Origin: an uncultured Clostridium sp.
GTDB taxonomy: Bacteria; Bacillota; Clostridia; Lachnospirales; Lachnospiraceae
Assembly (NCBI GenBank): GCA_900539185.1
Contig: UQBG01000012.1
Location: 4,910 to 68,909, forward strand
Direction: 5' to 3'
Length of the DNA stretch: 64,000 bases
Shown in pieces: positions 62,462 through 64,000 of this stretch. The notes below the pieces were generated by a model. That model saw only the letters and a program-made list of their open reading frames with translations, searched no databases and had not been told where the DNA came from. Both the position numbers and the translations under genes were made by a program. Position 1 is the first letter of the stretch; the number at the start of each line of letters is the position of its first letter.

Positions 62462-63322
62462 ATGGCGTCCATGCGAGATATTAAGCGAAGGAAAGAAAGT
62501 GTCACCAGTACGCAGCAGATTACAAAGGCCATGAAGCTGGTTGCAACAGTAAAACTGCAAAAGGCGAAGGCAAGAGCAGAGAGAAATAAGCCATATTTTC
62601 ATGCATTGTATAAGACGATATGTTCCATTCTGTCGAAAACAGAGAATATCGAGCATCCATATCTGAAGGATAACGGCAGTAGTCGTAAGGCAGTGATCGT
62701 TATTACATCCAATAAGGGATTAGCCGGTGGCTATAATGCAAATATTATCCGGGAGGTAACCGGAGCCGGGTTCTCAGTGCAGGATACTGATATTTATGCA
62801 ATCGGCCGGAAGGGCGCAGAAGGACTGGCAAGAAAGGGATATACCATTCTGGAGGATGATTCCGATGCAATAAATGAGCCATTGTATAAAGATGCGATCG
62901 ATATTACAAATCGGGTATTGGAATCCTATACGAAAGGCGATGTAGGCGAGATCTACATGGCATATACGAATTTTAAGAATACCGTATCACAGGAAGCGAC
63001 ATTGATTAAGCTGCTTCCTCTGAATCTGGATGAACTTCCGGCGGAGGAAGAGGATGATGACGGGGTGCTGATGAACTATGAACCGGAGGCAGAGGATGCA
63101 CTGGATATGCTGATTCCGAAGTATATCAGTAATCTGCTATACGGTGCATTTGTAGAGGCGCTGGCCAGTGAAAATGGTGCCAGAATGCAGGCTATGGATT
63201 CAGCAACAACGAATGCAGATAATATGATTTCAGACTTATCACTAAAGTATAATCGGGCAAGACAGGCGTCTATTACACAGGAATTGACAGAAATTATCGC
63301 CGGTTCGGAAGCGATTAGCTAG
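62462..63322 (+). CDS. atpG: F0F1 ATP synthase subunit gamma
   Basis: 286 aa gamma-subunit profile. Confidence 0.9.
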   Translation: MASMRDIKRRKESVTSTQQITKAMKLVATVKLQKAKARAERNKPYFHALYKTICSILSKTENIEHPYLKDNGSSRKAVIVITSNKGLAGGYNANIIREVTGAGFSVQDTDIYAIGRKGAEGLARKGYTILEDDSDAINEPLYKDAIDITNRVLESYTKGDVGEIYMAYTNFKNTVSQEATLIKLLPLNLDELPAEEEDDDGVLMNYEPEAEDALDMLIPKYISNLLYGAFVEALASENGARMQAMDSATTNADNMISDLSLKYNRARQASITQELTEIIAGSEAIS

Positions 63323-63345
63323 TGAGGAGCAGGATAAAGTAGTAA

Positions 63346-64000
<655 letters not shown>

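Overview
This 64-kb window is the chromosomal replication-origin region of a low-GC Firmicute; gene content and order look Clostridia/Lachnospiraceae-like. The core origin locus is complete and syntenic: gyrA(partial)-gyrB-recF-yaaA-dnaN-dnaA on the minus strand, diverging from rpmH-rnpA-yidD-yidC-jag-mnmE-mnmG-rsmG on the plus strand. DnaA-box clusters sit on both sides of dnaA. A DnaA-box / GC / trio / AT-rich unwinding module lies just upstream of dnaN. parA-parB with two perfect parS palindromes lie about 10 kb away on the opposite strand. They are separated from rsmG by a small apparent insertion carrying a DEDDh exonuclease, a membrane coiled-coil protein, a lipoprotein, a GntR regulator, lrgAB and tRNA-Arg(CCT). 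Downstream follow housekeeping genes (argS, trmB, tkt, panBCD/coaBC, tsaC, rpiB) and the atpZ-atpI-atpBEFHAGD operon, which runs off the window end. There is also a plausibly accessory stretch of about 10 kb from tRNA-Lys(CTT) to the CBS-pyrophosphatase gene. It holds a GH1 beta-glucosidase wedged between tRNA-Lys(CTT) and tRNA-Pro(CGG), GNAT, TetR, an alpha/beta hydrolase, an orphan hybrid sensor kinase, dinB with a LexA box, and a MarR-like regulator next to hsp20. I found no CRISPR array, prophage, transposase or rRNA. The items most worth a second look are an orphan coiled-coil/GHKL-ATPase protein co-operonic with a PBP5-type carboxypeptidase and argS, an apparently split CIRCE-like element around the hsp20 promoter, a 536-bp unexplained non-coding block upstream of mecA, a 15-bp x4 tandem repeat, and several small strongly-RBS'd unannotated ORFs. 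The ORF track translates TTG/GTG starts as M, so I trimmed several N-termini to the first RBS-supported ATG. Hand-derived coordinates of short motifs may be off by 1-2 nt.
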